Below, one piece after another: positions 36,231-45,623 of a stretch of 45,623 nt of DNA (its first letter is position 1; each line of letters opens with the position of its first letter). Source of the DNA: Candidatus Heimdallarchaeota archaeon (GTDB taxonomy: Archaea; Asgardarchaeota; Heimdallarchaeia; Heimdallarchaeales; Heimdallarchaeaceae); the NCBI GenBank assembly GCA_019057375.1, contig DXJF01000137.1:1-45623 (forward strand), in the 5' to 3' direction. The notes under the pieces are model-generated. The model was not told the origin of the DNA and searched no databases. It saw only the letters and a program-made list of their open reading frames with translations. Made by a program: the position numbers and the translations under genes.

Positions 36231-37736
36231 TTAATTCAAATCGTATATTTTTGAAAACTTCTCTTCATAATAATCGATTAAATATTTTGAAGAAACCTCC
36301 TCTCCTGTAACTTCTTTAACTAGATCGAATGGATCATAAATATTCCCTTTTTCTAGCACATTTTCTTTAAGCCAGTTTATCATAATTTTCAAGTTTCCTT
36401 TTTCCAATTCTTCTTGCCAATTTGGTGAATCTTTCTTAAATTTAGCAAATAACTGAGCACCAAAGATGTTTCCGAGTGTATAATTCGGGAAATATCCCAT
36501 TAATTCTCCTGACCAATGAATGTCTTGAAGTACTCCTTCAGCATCGTTTTTAACTTCATAACCTATTAGTTCTTTCATTTTTCTATTCCATATTTGAGGT
36601 AAATCTTTTGCTTCTATTTTTCCACTTAACAGTTCTCTTTCTAGTTCATAACGTAAAATTATATGTAAATTGTAAGTTAGCTCATCAGCTTCAGTTCTTA
36701 CAGCTGAACGTTTGATATTGTTAACTGCTAGAATAAGATCATCCAAAGAAATATCCGCAAAAATATCTTTTGTTAATTCCTTGAATCTCTTAAAATATGA
36801 TTTCCAAAATTCAGAGCTCCTTCCTATAAAATTCTCGTAGAAACGTGCAATGCCTTCATGCATACCCTCAGAACAAAACGTTCCTACAGGTTGATAGCTG
36901 CCCTCTTTCCTGATATTTTGTTCATAACTCCCGTGCCCTCCTTCATGGATCGTGCTTAATATAGCACTAAGGAACTCTTTTTCTGTGTATTTTGTTGTTA
37001 TTCTAACATCATCATATGTCCCAATTGTAAAAGGATGAACATACTCATCTAATCTCCCTCTTTCTAGATCGAATTCTATTAATTCTAAGACTTCTTCGTT
37101 AATTTTCTTCTGAATATCTATTGAACATGAACGATTTAAAATGCTCATATCAGGTTTTTTTGAAGAGGATAAACATTTTTCTATTAGTGGAATTGATGTT
37201 TTCTTAAGTGAATTGAACATCTGATCACATTTTTCTATTGTCATCCCGGGTTCGTTGTAATCAAGGAGAACTTCAAAAGGGTCAACAATAGGATTAAGGA
37301 ATTGAGCATATTTCTTGTTATATTCAATCATCTTTTCAAACTCAGGAAGAAAAATAGAGAAATTATCTTCTTCCTTAGCTTTCTCCCATGCTTCAGTAGA
37401 TATAACACATTGTTTTTGGAATTTCCCGACAAATTCAGGGGGAACTTTGATTAGTTTGGTATATTCTCTTTGAATGAGGTATACATTGCGTTTCTCTACG
37501 TCTGATAGATTTTCGTAATCAGGATGTTCTTGAATTTGTTTGATAAGATCCCCTTTTCTCGGATTGATCTTTTTTTTATGTCCCAATTCCGCTATAAATG
37601 CTATCTGTTCTGCTCTCTGTTTTAGTCCTCCAGAAGGCATTGTCACATCTTTATCCCAGTATAATAGCATAGCAATTTCTTCAACTAAAAAAGATTCTTT
37701 ATATAACTTGAGCAATTCCTCATATTCCTTTCGCAT
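36231..37736 (-). CDS. Carboxypeptidase Taq, peptidase family M32
   Basis: LLYWD, HPF, HEGGH (HExxH), HEGIARF, LHIILRYELE, QDIHW and GYFPNY. Confidence 0.96.
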   Translation of the reverse strand: MRKEYEELLKLYKESFLVEEIAMLLYWDKDVTMPSGGLKQRAEQIAFIAELGHKKKINPRKGDLIKQIQEHPDYENLSDVEKRNVYLIQREYTKLIKVPPEFVGKFQKQCVISTEAWEKAKEEDNFSIFLPEFEKMIEYNKKYAQFLNPIVDPFEVLLDYNEPGMTIEKCDQMFNSLKKTSIPLIEKCLSSSKKPDMSILNRSCSIDIQKKINEEVLELIEFDLERGRLDEYVHPFTIGTYDDVRITTKYTEKEFLSAILSTIHEGGHGSYEQNIRKEGSYQPVGTFCSEGMHEGIARFYENFIGRSSEFWKSYFKRFKELTKDIFADISLDDLILAVNNIKRSAVRTEADELTYNLHIILRYELERELLSGKIEAKDLPQIWNRKMKELIGYEVKNDAEGVLQDIHWSGELMGYFPNYTLGNIFGAQLFAKFKKDSPNWQEELEKGNLKIMINWLKENVLEKGNIYDPFDLVKEVTGEEVSSKYLIDYYEEKFSKIYDLN

Positions 37737-37873
37737 AGAATAATTTAAAGTTCAATAACTCATAAATATTCTGCTGTATTGCCATATGTATAAAATTTCT
37801 TAATTTTTCTCTAATCAACTCTTTCTTTTTTCTCCTTGAAAGTTTTTACACAGTGGGCACTGCTTTTTATCAT

Positions 37874-38242
37874 TTAGAAAGCATAAATTATATTTAGTGT
37901 TACCAGTATAATAGAAGCACACAGAATAATTCCAAACATGATTACAAAAAACCATTCTTTCTTTTCACTGTAATATCCAGCAGAATTTATTACAGCATAA
38001 ATCACTAATCCCATTGCTAGAATAAAGAGATAAGGAGCCCATGGAAGTTCAATAAGTAAAAAAATTCCACTAAGTAAAGAGAGTGCTCCCATAACACTTT
38101 CAGCTGTTATATGGAAAGCAATTGCAACAGGTTCAGTTTCTAATTCAGGTACTTGTTTTGTTACTAACAGCATCATCCAAAGACCAATAATCCCAATACC
38201 AATTATCACAGCATATATTCCACTAATCACTGTTAAAATCAT
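37874..38242 (-). CDS. Small 4-TM membrane protein
   Basis: Four hydrophobic segments. FHITAE and YAVINSAGYY. Confidence 0.75.
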   Translation of the reverse strand: MILTVISGIYAVIIGIGIIGLWMMLLVTKQVPELETEPVAIAFHITAESVMGALSLLSGIFLLIELPWAPYLFILAMGLVIYAVINSAGYYSEKKEWFFVIMFGIILCASIILVTLNIIYAF

Positions 38243-38330
38243 AATATCACATTGTTTTACAAGACTTGTAAGAGTTAGAAGAAGTACTATATAAATTTTG
38301 GAAAAGACTTTTCGAATGCCTTTTCTGAAT

Positions 38331-39161
38331 TCAAAGATTCCTATACAAATTTAGAACACTAAAATTGTAAGCTGGTTTTCTAACTGCGTCTTCAGACCAA
38401 TATCCTTCATCGAGCAGAGCCATTTTCACTAAGTCCTCTTCAGTCACTCCTTCACTTTTGAATTTGGCTAATTCTTCAATTAGTTTTTCAAAGAAAATTC
38501 TTACTTTAGGAATATAGTTCTTTGTGAGAACTCCTCCATGTCCAGGTAAAATAAATTGAAAATCTTCCGCTTCCCATTCTTTGAGAGCTCCTATCCATTT
38601 GCTCATGTCAGTGTCTGGTTCGCCAAAATAGGGATAAACATCAGCCTGAATCAAATCACCAACAATTAGGATTTTATCTGGAGCATAGTAGATGGTTGAT
38701 GAACAGCTGGAATGTCCTCCAATTATTTGAAAAACCAGCTCTTGATTTTTTCCATAAGTCTTTCTCTCCTTAATCCATAAGTTAGGCATTGAAAGCTTCG
38801 CTGTAGCTACTGCAACTTTAATTGATGGAAAGACTCTGCTCATGTTGTCAAGAATTTCCTCTGTGAATTCCAGATTGACAAACCTTTCAAATCTTGGTTT
38901 TCCAGATTCTGCAGCAATTATTCTACAATCAGAAAAAGCACTCATCCCTAAGAAATGATCAATATGACCATGAGTTAAAATGAGCATGCTTGTTTTTCTT
39001 TCGTATTTCTTTTCCATCTCTCTCCTAAAATCTCTAGCTATTATAGTATTCAAACCAGAATCTATGAAAACGAGTTCATTATCTAAAGCAATACAGACTA
39101 TATTAGATCCTTGATTAAGCCTAAGAAAAGTTACATTTTCAGTAACTTGGTCATATCTCAT
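38331..39161 (-). CDS. Metallo-beta-lactamase-fold hydrolase, paralog of 33925..34719
   Basis: FIDSG, THGHIDHFLG, GGHSS, VGDL and PGHG. ATG at 39161 (MRYDQ) is preferred. Confidence 0.92.
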   Translation of the reverse strand: MRYDQVTENVTFLRLNQGSNIVCIALDNELVFIDSGLNTIIARDFRREMEKKYERKTSMLILTHGHIDHFLGMSAFSDCRIIAAESGKPRFERFVNLEFTEEILDNMSRVFPSIKVAVATAKLSMPNLWIKERKTYGKNQELVFQIIGGHSSCSSTIYYAPDKILIVGDLIQADVYPYFGEPDTDMSKWIGALKEWEAEDFQFILPGHGGVLTKNYIPKVRIFFEKLIEELAKFKSEGVTEEDLVKMALLDEGYWSEDAVRKPAYNFSVLNLYRNL

Positions 39162-39367
39162 GAAGCAAGAATTGATAAGACTATTATTAATCTTGCTAGT
39201 TCCCTGTTTGCATTTTTGAAAATTCAAGAGTAAATTTCACCTCAGAATCTGTATAATTGATGACAAAACCATCATTAATCTTAATAACAAGAAAGATAAG
39301 ATACTATCGTAATTTACTTCAGCATTGAACAAATTTCAATAAACAGAAAATATACCGGAGTACTAAA

Positions 39368-39934
39368 ATGAGCTTTATGTCTTCTTTTTCCAAATGGTTA
39401 ATGAAAAAGCTAAGAGCGGAAAAGAAGGCCAAAATTCTTATTTTGGGACTTGATGCTGCAGGCAAAACTACATTGACTAAATTTGTTAATACAGGAGTTT
39501 TCCTAGAAGGACTCACTCCAACAATTGGTCAGAATATTGACACGATAAATTTTGAAGGGTGGGATATTACCACTATTGATGTTGCTGGACAAGAGCATTT
39601 TCGCTTTCTCTGGGAAATTCATTACCCTGGTTGCTCTGCTGCTATTTTCGTCATTGACTCAGCTGATATTGAACGTCTGCCAGAGGCACGTGATATTCTT
39701 CGAATTCATCTTTTTAATAATCCTGTTCTTGAAAAAGTTCCTGCTCTGATTTTAGCTAACAAACAAGATCTTCCTAGTGCAATTCAAGCCCCAATGATGA
39801 TTCAGCTTCTGAATTTACACTTGGATATGAAAGATCGTACGTTTGCTGTTTTTGATTGTAGTGCTTTAACAGGTAAAGGGGTAGTTGAAGCATTTGCTTG
39901 GTTGGTAAATCAGCTAGAAATGAGTAAATTGTAA
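39368..39934 (+). CDS. Arf/Arl-like small GTPase
   Basis: G1 GLDAAGKT, G2 PTIG, G3 DVAGQ, RFLWEIHY, G4 NKQD and G5 CSA. N-terminal amphipathic extension. Confidence 0.93.
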   Translation: MSFMSSFSKWLMKKLRAEKKAKILILGLDAAGKTTLTKFVNTGVFLEGLTPTIGQNIDTINFEGWDITTIDVAGQEHFRFLWEIHYPGCSAAIFVIDSADIERLPEARDILRIHLFNNPVLEKVPALILANKQDLPSAIQAPMMIQLLNLHLDMKDRTFAVFDCSALTGKGVVEAFAWLVNQLEMSKL

Positions 39935-39959
39935 CTTGCAGGACTGATTTCACTAATTT

Positions 39960-40253
39960 TTATTCCCATTCTCCTAGGAATGCAATGGAAGTTTTCAAAC
40001 TGGAACATTTAGGACATTCAATTTTTTCTGTGTCATTATCAGGTTTAATAATTCCATTTTTTGGAACTTGTAAGGTTTTTTCATTTTCTTGACCACAATC
40101 TCTACAGGTTTTCAGAAAAGTAATTTTTTCACATACTTTACAATAGTAGTTTTGGAGTAGGTTTTTAGAGTTCTTTCCAACTTCGTGGTATAATATTAGT
40201 TTTAGGTCACAACCACGACAATAGAAGCAATATCGCTTTCCCATTAGTTCCAC
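39960..40253 (-). CDS. Small protein with four CxxC pairs (double zinc ribbon)
   Basis: CRGC, CKVC, CRDC and CPKC. Confidence 0.75.
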   Translation of the reverse strand: MELMGKRYCFYCRGCDLKLILYHEVGKNSKNLLQNYYCKVCEKITFLKTCRDCGQENEKTLQVPKNGIIKPDNDTEKIECPKCSSLKTSIAFLGEWE

Positions 40254-40352
40254 ATCTTGGAATCATTAAGGAAATGAAATATAATAAAAAGTATGTATGC
40301 AGTTCAATGCAACTGTATTGCAACTATTTTCCTCATATTCGTTAAAAAAGTA

Positions 40353-40871
40353 TTAAACCTTGAGTTTTTTCAGAAATTGATCTACATCATGATTTGTAAC
40401 TAAATTATATGTATCTTTTAAGTCACTAAATTTACTCATTAGCTCTATTACAAATGATCTATATTCATTTTGAAATTTCTCAATTACATCATTTTGCTCT
40501 TTTACGAATTCTAATGGATATTTGCATCCTTCAGTAACATAAGGATTAGGTCTAATTAGGTCCTCTTTCATGCGTTTCAAAGCTCTTTCTCTACAAATCT
40601 CTAACGGAGTATCAAGATAGATAATTGTATCAGCTGTAGCAAACCTTTTTTCAATTGTTGATCTATATGCAACTCCATCAATTATCCAACTTGCTTTAGC
40701 TAAAATTTCATCATGCTTTGATGTAAATTCCTCTTCTGGAGTTCGTTCCCAGTCTACTTTCCATAGTATCTTGTCTAAATGATAGACAGGAATTGAAGTA
40801 AGATCATTGATTTTCATTGATAATGTTGATTTTCCTGATGCGGAATTACCAATTACAACTATTCTTTTCAT
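40353..40871 (-). CDS. P-loop nucleotide kinase-like protein (topology modulation protein/FlaR-like)
   Basis: IVVIGNSASGKST, YHLDKILW, WIIDG and ADTIIYLD. Confidence 0.85.
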   Translation of the reverse strand: MKRIVVIGNSASGKSTLSMKINDLTSIPVYHLDKILWKVDWERTPEEEFTSKHDEILAKASWIIDGVAYRSTIEKRFATADTIIYLDTPLEICRERALKRMKEDLIRPNPYVTEGCKYPLEFVKEQNDVIEKFQNEYRSFVIELMSKFSDLKDTYNLVTNHDVDQFLKKLKV

Positions 40872-40971
40872 TAGATGTCGACCTGGATAAATTCGCAGAT
40901 GATGATGCTATCTTTTTAATATTCTCCCAATAAACATTCTTATCCAAGTTATTTCAAAATCATTTTTTATT

Positions 40972-41214
40972 TTAGCCCCCTCCTACCGCAGGGAATAAAG
41001 AAATTATACTATCCTCTTCATTGATTATATCTTCCACTGATGCTCTGAGTCCATTAACCAAAATGATTTTTACTTCTTCTTGGTCAAATTTCAACATTGC
41101 AATTAATTGAGCAAGTGTTGTTCCTTTATCAATTTCCATCTCTAAAGGATTTAAATCTGAAATATTAGGATATTTTTTCCTCAGAGATGCAAATACTTTA
41201 ACATATATTTTCAT
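40972..41214 (-). CDS. moaD: MoaD/ThiS ubiquitin-like sulfur carrier
   Basis: VKVFASLR start and C-terminal FPAVGGG. Directly downstream of aor. Confidence 0.88.
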   Translation of the reverse strand: MKIYVKVFASLRKKYPNISDLNPLEMEIDKGTTLAQLIAMLKFDQEEVKIILVNGLRASVEDIINEEDSIISLFPAVGGG

Positions 41215-41261
41215 GTATTTCCCAGCTAGAAAATAATAAAAAAAGAAGAATAAAGGTTTAT

Positions 41262-43094
41262 CTATTTTAACCCTAGTTCTATTATTTTTTCTTCAGAAGG
41301 GATTCCATTAACCCATCCTCTTAGTTCGTAATATTCTTCTTTCATTGTATCTAAATCTACAGTTTGACCTTTTGAAGGACCTTCAGGCATTTTTTCTTCT
41401 AGCAATCTCTTCGGCAATGTATCATCTTTTCCTGTTATTCCAAATTTGTTAATGATCATCCTCTCAAGATTAGTTATTCTTTCTCCTATTGTTAGAAGCT
41501 CATCTGAATCAACATCCCATCCTGTTATTGGACCGATCATCTCTGCATATTCATCTAATCCTAAAGCAAATGTAAGGAATAAACAGTTAACGGAAGAATT
41601 AACGAGACTAGTGAAATCTTGGAATATTTTGGTCAATTCAGCTTTACCATCAATTGTAAATCTGTCTACATCTCCTAGTATTTCTGCTGCAATTGTGTAA
41701 CCTGTAACATGACACCCTCCTCTATTTCCTGTTGCATAATTGAGTCCTATTCCTTTAGCACCGCGAGGGTCATAAGCTGGCATTTCTAATCCTTTAACAG
41801 ACATTGATAGATCTGGAGAACCATAATGTAGACACATTTTTCTAGACCCTTCTCCTATCCAAAAACCAAGTCCCTGTCGAAAAGCTGTCATCCATGTTAG
41901 TTCAACAACAGCATCAGCATTACCAAATCGCAGATCTATACCTTGAAGATCATCCTCAGGTATCATACCTTTTTCATTCAATTCCATAGCTGCTGCAATA
42001 GAAGAGCCAACGCTTATAGGATCCATACCAAATATATCACAATAGTGATTTGCTTTGATAACAGCTCCCATATTATTAATTGCTGTAGAACCACCTAAAG
42101 CCCAAATAGATTCATATTCAGGACCTTCTGTATATGTTATCTTATAATTTCCTTTGTCAACCTTAGTTTTTCTTCCACATGCAACAACACATCCCCAACA
42201 GGGGTGCTTATTTATTAGGTACTCTTCTGTTAAGGTTTCTCCTGAGATTTTCTCTGCTTCTGGATTAACACCTGTCTGCCAATTTTTAGTTGGAAGCATA
42301 CCATTTTGATTGATAATGTTGACTAAAACAGCTGTACCATAAGTAGGTAATCCTTCTCCAGTCACACCATTTTCTTTAAGTTTCTCAACATGTTCTTTAA
42401 CTTTGAGATCAAACTCATCTGGCTTTGCTATATTTGGTTTATCATTACCCTCAACAATAATTGCTTTCAAGTTTTTGGAGGCCATAACAGCTCCAAGTCC
42501 TGTTCTTCCAGCAGCTCTGTGTTCTTCATTCATAATTACTGCCATTGGAACTAGATTCTCTCCTGCAGGACCTATACAAGAAACTCCTGCTCTCTTTTTA
42601 TCATGTTTGTTCCTTAGATGACTTGAGGTCTCAATTGAATTCTTACCCCAAAGTTCTGTTGCATCATGAATTTCTACAAATCCATCTATAATAGAGATAT
42701 ATACAGGATCTTCAGCTTTACCTATAACTACGATACCATCATAACCTGCAAATTTGAGTTTAGCTCCCCATCGTCCTCCAGTATTTCCGGAACCTATTGA
42801 ACCTGTCAAAGGGGATTTTAATGCCATAACATGATGACGTCCACTATTTGGAGATCTTGTTCCAGTAACTGGTCCTGTTGCAAAAATAAGCATGTTTTCA
42901 GAAGATAATGCATTAAAATCTTTGACATTAATGCCTTTTTCCTCAAGTTTACTAACATATTTCCATAAAAGATGAACTGCTATTCCTTTACCTCCCACAA
43001 ATTGACGAAGTATATCTTCAGAAATCGAAAAATCTTTGAATTCTTTAAGAGTTAAATTAACTTTTAACCATTTATTCATGTATCCAAATTCCAT
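41262..43094 (-). CDS. aor: Tungsten-containing aldehyde:ferredoxin oxidoreductase
   Basis: GGKG, ATGP, KSPLTG, AAGRTGLGAVMASKNLKAI, CWGCVVAC, GPEYE, MDPIS, RGGCH and YYELRGW. Confidence 0.96.
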   Translation of the reverse strand: MEFGYMNKWLKVNLTLKEFKDFSISEDILRQFVGGKGIAVHLLWKYVSKLEEKGINVKDFNALSSENMLIFATGPVTGTRSPNSGRHHVMALKSPLTGSIGSGNTGGRWGAKLKFAGYDGIVVIGKAEDPVYISIIDGFVEIHDATELWGKNSIETSSHLRNKHDKKRAGVSCIGPAGENLVPMAVIMNEEHRAAGRTGLGAVMASKNLKAIIVEGNDKPNIAKPDEFDLKVKEHVEKLKENGVTGEGLPTYGTAVLVNIINQNGMLPTKNWQTGVNPEAEKISGETLTEEYLINKHPCWGCVVACGRKTKVDKGNYKITYTEGPEYESIWALGGSTAINNMGAVIKANHYCDIFGMDPISVGSSIAAAMELNEKGMIPEDDLQGIDLRFGNADAVVELTWMTAFRQGLGFWIGEGSRKMCLHYGSPDLSMSVKGLEMPAYDPRGAKGIGLNYATGNRGGCHVTGYTIAAEILGDVDRFTIDGKAELTKIFQDFTSLVNSSVNCLFLTFALGLDEYAEMIGPITGWDVDSDELLTIGERITNLERMIINKFGITGKDDTLPKRLLEEKMPEGPSKGQTVDLDTMKEEYYELRGWVNGIPSEEKIIELGLK

Positions 43095-43221
43095 TTTAAA
43101 ACACCTAGACTATGAATTATGACAAAAATAACCTTTAACAGATATAAATCTATCTACCAAAATTAAATATTTCTACTAATAGTTATACTTTTTAAATTAA
43201 AACCTAAAAGCAGAATGGTTA

Positions 43222-44547
43222 ATGTTGTCAGAATATCCGAAGCTTTTACAAGTTGAACCAACAAACAAATGTAATTATTCATGTTCAATGTGTCTTAATG
43301 CATCAGAAAATTCTGAGAACTTTTTTCTTTCTTTAGATAATTTTCAGTTGCTAGCTGAAGAAGTTTTTCCAAATCTAGAGAAGCTTGTACTATATGGATT
43401 TGGAGAACCTCTAACACATCCTGATTTCATAGAAATGCTAGAAATATCTAGAAAATATTTACCCCCAGAAAGTAGGGTCTCAATTACGACTAATGGGTCA
43501 CTACTCAATAAGAACAAAATTGATGCTATAATTGATAGACAACTAGCAGATGAGATTGTTTTTTCCTGCGACATGTTATTGAATGACAAAATAAAACCTG
43601 AGCTTCATTCCTTAGAAGATAAGAATGTAGAAACAAATCTAAGATATCTACTTGAAAGAAACGCAAGCAAGAAAATTCGAATAGGAATCCAATCTGTTCT
43701 GATGAAATCCAATATTAATCAGATTGAGGGTATTATTTCCAAATTTGGATTAATGGGAATTGATTTCATAGCTTTAAGTCATCTTTTTCCTTTCTTTGAA
43801 AATTTACAGGAAGAAGTTCTATTTACTATGATCTCACAAGAAGCTCTATCAGTTTTGAAAGAAAATAATATTCAGTGGAAAGAGATAATTCTTGGTGTAT
43901 CTAAAGAAAAATTTGCAGAGAAGATGCAAGAAACATATAAACAATTATACAAAAATAAAGAGCATATCAAACCTAAGACTAGACCTTTTTCTGAAATCTA
44001 TAGAAAAGCTCAAGTAAAAGCAAAAGAAAAAAATGTCCATCTTAATGTATCATTATATCTCAAGGAAAAAGATAAACTCAAAGCCCTACATGAACTAGAG
44101 AAACTTTTCAAAAAATTTAGTGATATAGCAGAAGAAAGGAATATTGAGTTGATTTTACCTGCAATTTTTCCAAAATTTTCCGATAGAAAATGCCCATTTC
44201 AAACAGCAAATGCTTCTGTCATTAGATCAGATGGAAATGTTGTCCCTTGCTTCAATTACTTATGGGATCATGAATCATATTTAAATAGTCATGTGAGAAA
44301 AAACTCCTCATTTACATTCGGAAATATACATCAGAAGCCTTTTCTAGAAATATGGAAAAGTGATCAATATCTTAAATTTCGCTTAAAAGTAGATGAAATG
44401 AATGAAAATATCCCTTATTGTTGTGACTGTAGTTTATCAAGCAATAACTGTTTTTATGCAATAGAAGATACATCTGATTGCTGGGGAAATATACCTTTCT
44501 GTTCTGAATGTCCTTATAGCTTAAATCTCACTAAATGTATAATATAG
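43222..44547 (+). CDS. Radical SAM/SPASM protein, tungsten-cofactor oxidoreductase maturase-like
   Basis: CNYSCSMC, GFGEPL and a C-terminal Cys-rich SPASM (CPF, PC, CCDC...C...DC...C..C). Divergent from aor. Confidence 0.88.
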   Translation: MLSEYPKLLQVEPTNKCNYSCSMCLNASENSENFFLSLDNFQLLAEEVFPNLEKLVLYGFGEPLTHPDFIEMLEISRKYLPPESRVSITTNGSLLNKNKIDAIIDRQLADEIVFSCDMLLNDKIKPELHSLEDKNVETNLRYLLERNASKKIRIGIQSVLMKSNINQIEGIISKFGLMGIDFIALSHLFPFFENLQEEVLFTMISQEALSVLKENNIQWKEIILGVSKEKFAEKMQETYKQLYKNKEHIKPKTRPFSEIYRKAQVKAKEKNVHLNVSLYLKEKDKLKALHELEKLFKKFSDIAEERNIELILPAIFPKFSDRKCPFQTANASVIRSDGNVVPCFNYLWDHESYLNSHVRKNSSFTFGNIHQKPFLEIWKSDQYLKFRLKVDEMNENIPYCCDCSLSSNNCFYAIEDTSDCWGNIPFCSECPYSLNLTKCII

Positions 44548-44660
44548 TTCTTAATAAAATTTTGAATAAGACGGGATTCTTGCTAGAAAAATTCAAGTTA
44601 TTCCTTTAAACAAGGATAAATTTTTATTGATTAATTTTCAAGTTATCTACAAGTGATTAA

Positions 44661-45059
44661 ATGACAGAGAAAAAAGAAGACAGTAAGATCAAATATTCAT
44701 ATCCCAAATCTGCTTTAGTAACATTACATGTAAATGATATGGACAGAGCTATCAAGTTTTATCAAGATGTGTTTGGTTTTCAAGTAAGCTGGACAGATGC
44801 ACGCCAGTTAGGTTGGGTAGAGATGACTACACATCTAGATGGATTATTCATAGGTTTAAATGAAAGTGTTCATGGGTTAGCAGAAAACCAAACAGCTTTC
44901 ACAATTAATGTTTCTAACCTAGAAGAAACTAGGGAATATCTAATTAGTAAAGGAGTAGACACAACAAAAATAGAAGAATTTGCAGGGATGATCGCTATGT
45001 TTTTCTTTGTCGACTCGGAAGGAAACAGAATAGCTGTGGCAAGTTCTTCACGTAAATAA
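44661..45059 (+). CDS. VOC/glyoxalase-family protein
   Basis: LHVNDMDRAIKFYQDVFG and FVDSEGNRI. Confidence 0.88.
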   Translation: MTEKKEDSKIKYSYPKSALVTLHVNDMDRAIKFYQDVFGFQVSWTDARQLGWVEMTTHLDGLFIGLNESVHGLAENQTAFTINVSNLEETREYLISKGVDTTKIEEFAGMIAMFFFVDSEGNRIAVASSSRK

Positions 45060-45074
45060 AAACAGAAGATGTTT

Positions 45075-45623
45075 TTAGTTGAAATATTCTAATGTCTTCT
45101 TACGTGCGTCATTTATTACCTCTTCTGGGAATTCCTCGAATACGAAATCAAGTACTTTGATGGCTTTAGAATCCAATTCAATGGCTTGATCTTTTTCTTC
45201 TTTCGTTCTGAATTGAGCCCTTGTAGTCATTTTCATAAGAGCCAAGAACATATTCTCCAAAAAACCAAAAAAAGTTGTATTTCCTTCAACAGAAGGTCTG
45301 GAAAATTCTAGAAAGAATCCTAAAACTTGAGGATTAAGATCTAAAGTATTAGGTTCATCAAAAACATGAAAAGGAAAGGCATTTCCTAGCCCCCCATCAA
45401 CGATATAATTCACTGGGTGTTCTTTATTGAGGATTGACTTAAACTCTCCATCAACAATACTCATGCTAACTGGCTTGAAGATTATAGGAATGCTAATGGA
45501 CATTCGAATAGCATCTGCAACACACAAATCTTGCCAACGTTCATTATTTCTGAAGTAATAGGTTTCATTCGTAGCAACATCGTATCCTGTGATTACCAAA
45601 TCAATCTGAAACTCTTCTTGAAA
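45075..45623 (-). CDS. Patatin-like phospholipase, C-terminal part (5' end outside window)
   Basis: Frame is open to the window edge. VITGYDV, ADAIRMSISIPIIFKP and catalytic DGG. Confidence 0.85.
   Translation of the reverse strand, partial: FQEEFQIDLVITGYDVATNETYYFRNNERWQDLCVADAIRMSISIPIIFKPVSMSIVDGEFKSILNKEHPVNYIVDGGLGNAFPFHVFDEPNTLDLNPQVLGFFLEFSRPSVEGNTTFFGFLENMFLALMKMTTRAQFRTKEEKDQAIELDSKAIKVLDFVFEEFPEEVINDARKKTLEYFN

Noticed and set aside
39960-40253. ArfGAP assignment for the zinc protein beside the Arf-like GTPase
   Set aside because: It lacks the CxxC-x16-CxxC-x4-R arrangement of ArfGAP domains.
40286-40325. tgcaact/agttca short repeats and a small hairpin between convergent-side genes
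   Set aside because: Too short and irregular for a CRISPR or operator array. At most a weak terminator.
702-43589. Short ORFs antisense to or nested in longer genes (702, 4791, 7842, 11157, 12225, 12743, 14668, 19301, 21881, 23006, 24915, 25545, 26406, 27325, 29469, 37540, 39319, 39552, 41446, 42403, 43344)
   Set aside because: They are shadows of well-supported CDSs, with no motifs or RBS and with composition typical of reverse-frame translation.
1-45623. CRISPR arrays, tRNA and rRNA genes
   Set aside because: No regularly spaced repeats, cloverleaf-compatible GC-rich segments or rRNA-like tracts were seen in any intergenic region.

Overview
AT-rich (roughly one-third GC by eye) archaeal chromosomal segment, most likely from an Asgard archaeon such as Heimdallarchaeia. 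This is an inference from an Arf-like small GTPase, GGTGA/GGAGGTGA ribosome-binding sites, BRE+TATA promoters, expanded winged-helix regulators and C-terminally anchored surface proteins. About 45 real CDSs are present. I found no rRNA, tRNA or CRISPR array. Recognisable modules are a tungsten AOR-MoaD-radical SAM locus, an AprA/AprB-like flavoprotein-ferredoxin pair, an aminotransferase/racemase/decarboxylase/cyclic amidohydrolase cluster, two Ntn (C45-like) hydrolases around a regulator, an M32 carboxypeptidase, DegV, two metallo-beta-lactamase-fold proteins and several GNATs. Reading beyond the ORF track shows many rearrangement scars: a tnpB 5' remnant that runs, via an A7 slip site, in frame into a host regulator; a DegV 5' end plus upstream DNA duplicated onto a beheaded alpha/beta-hydrolase; an orphan ferredoxin 3' half; a dispersed 91-bp hairpin repeat; and a near-identical GNAT duplicate. 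The best candidates for novelty are a multi-TM + EEP protein resembling the eukaryotic GPI-remodelling factor CWH43/PGAP2IP, the TnpB-regulator fusion, the four-gene ureide/diamine cluster, and a secreted protein + tandem Lrp + receiver operon. All family calls come from motif recognition and memory; no database search was run.
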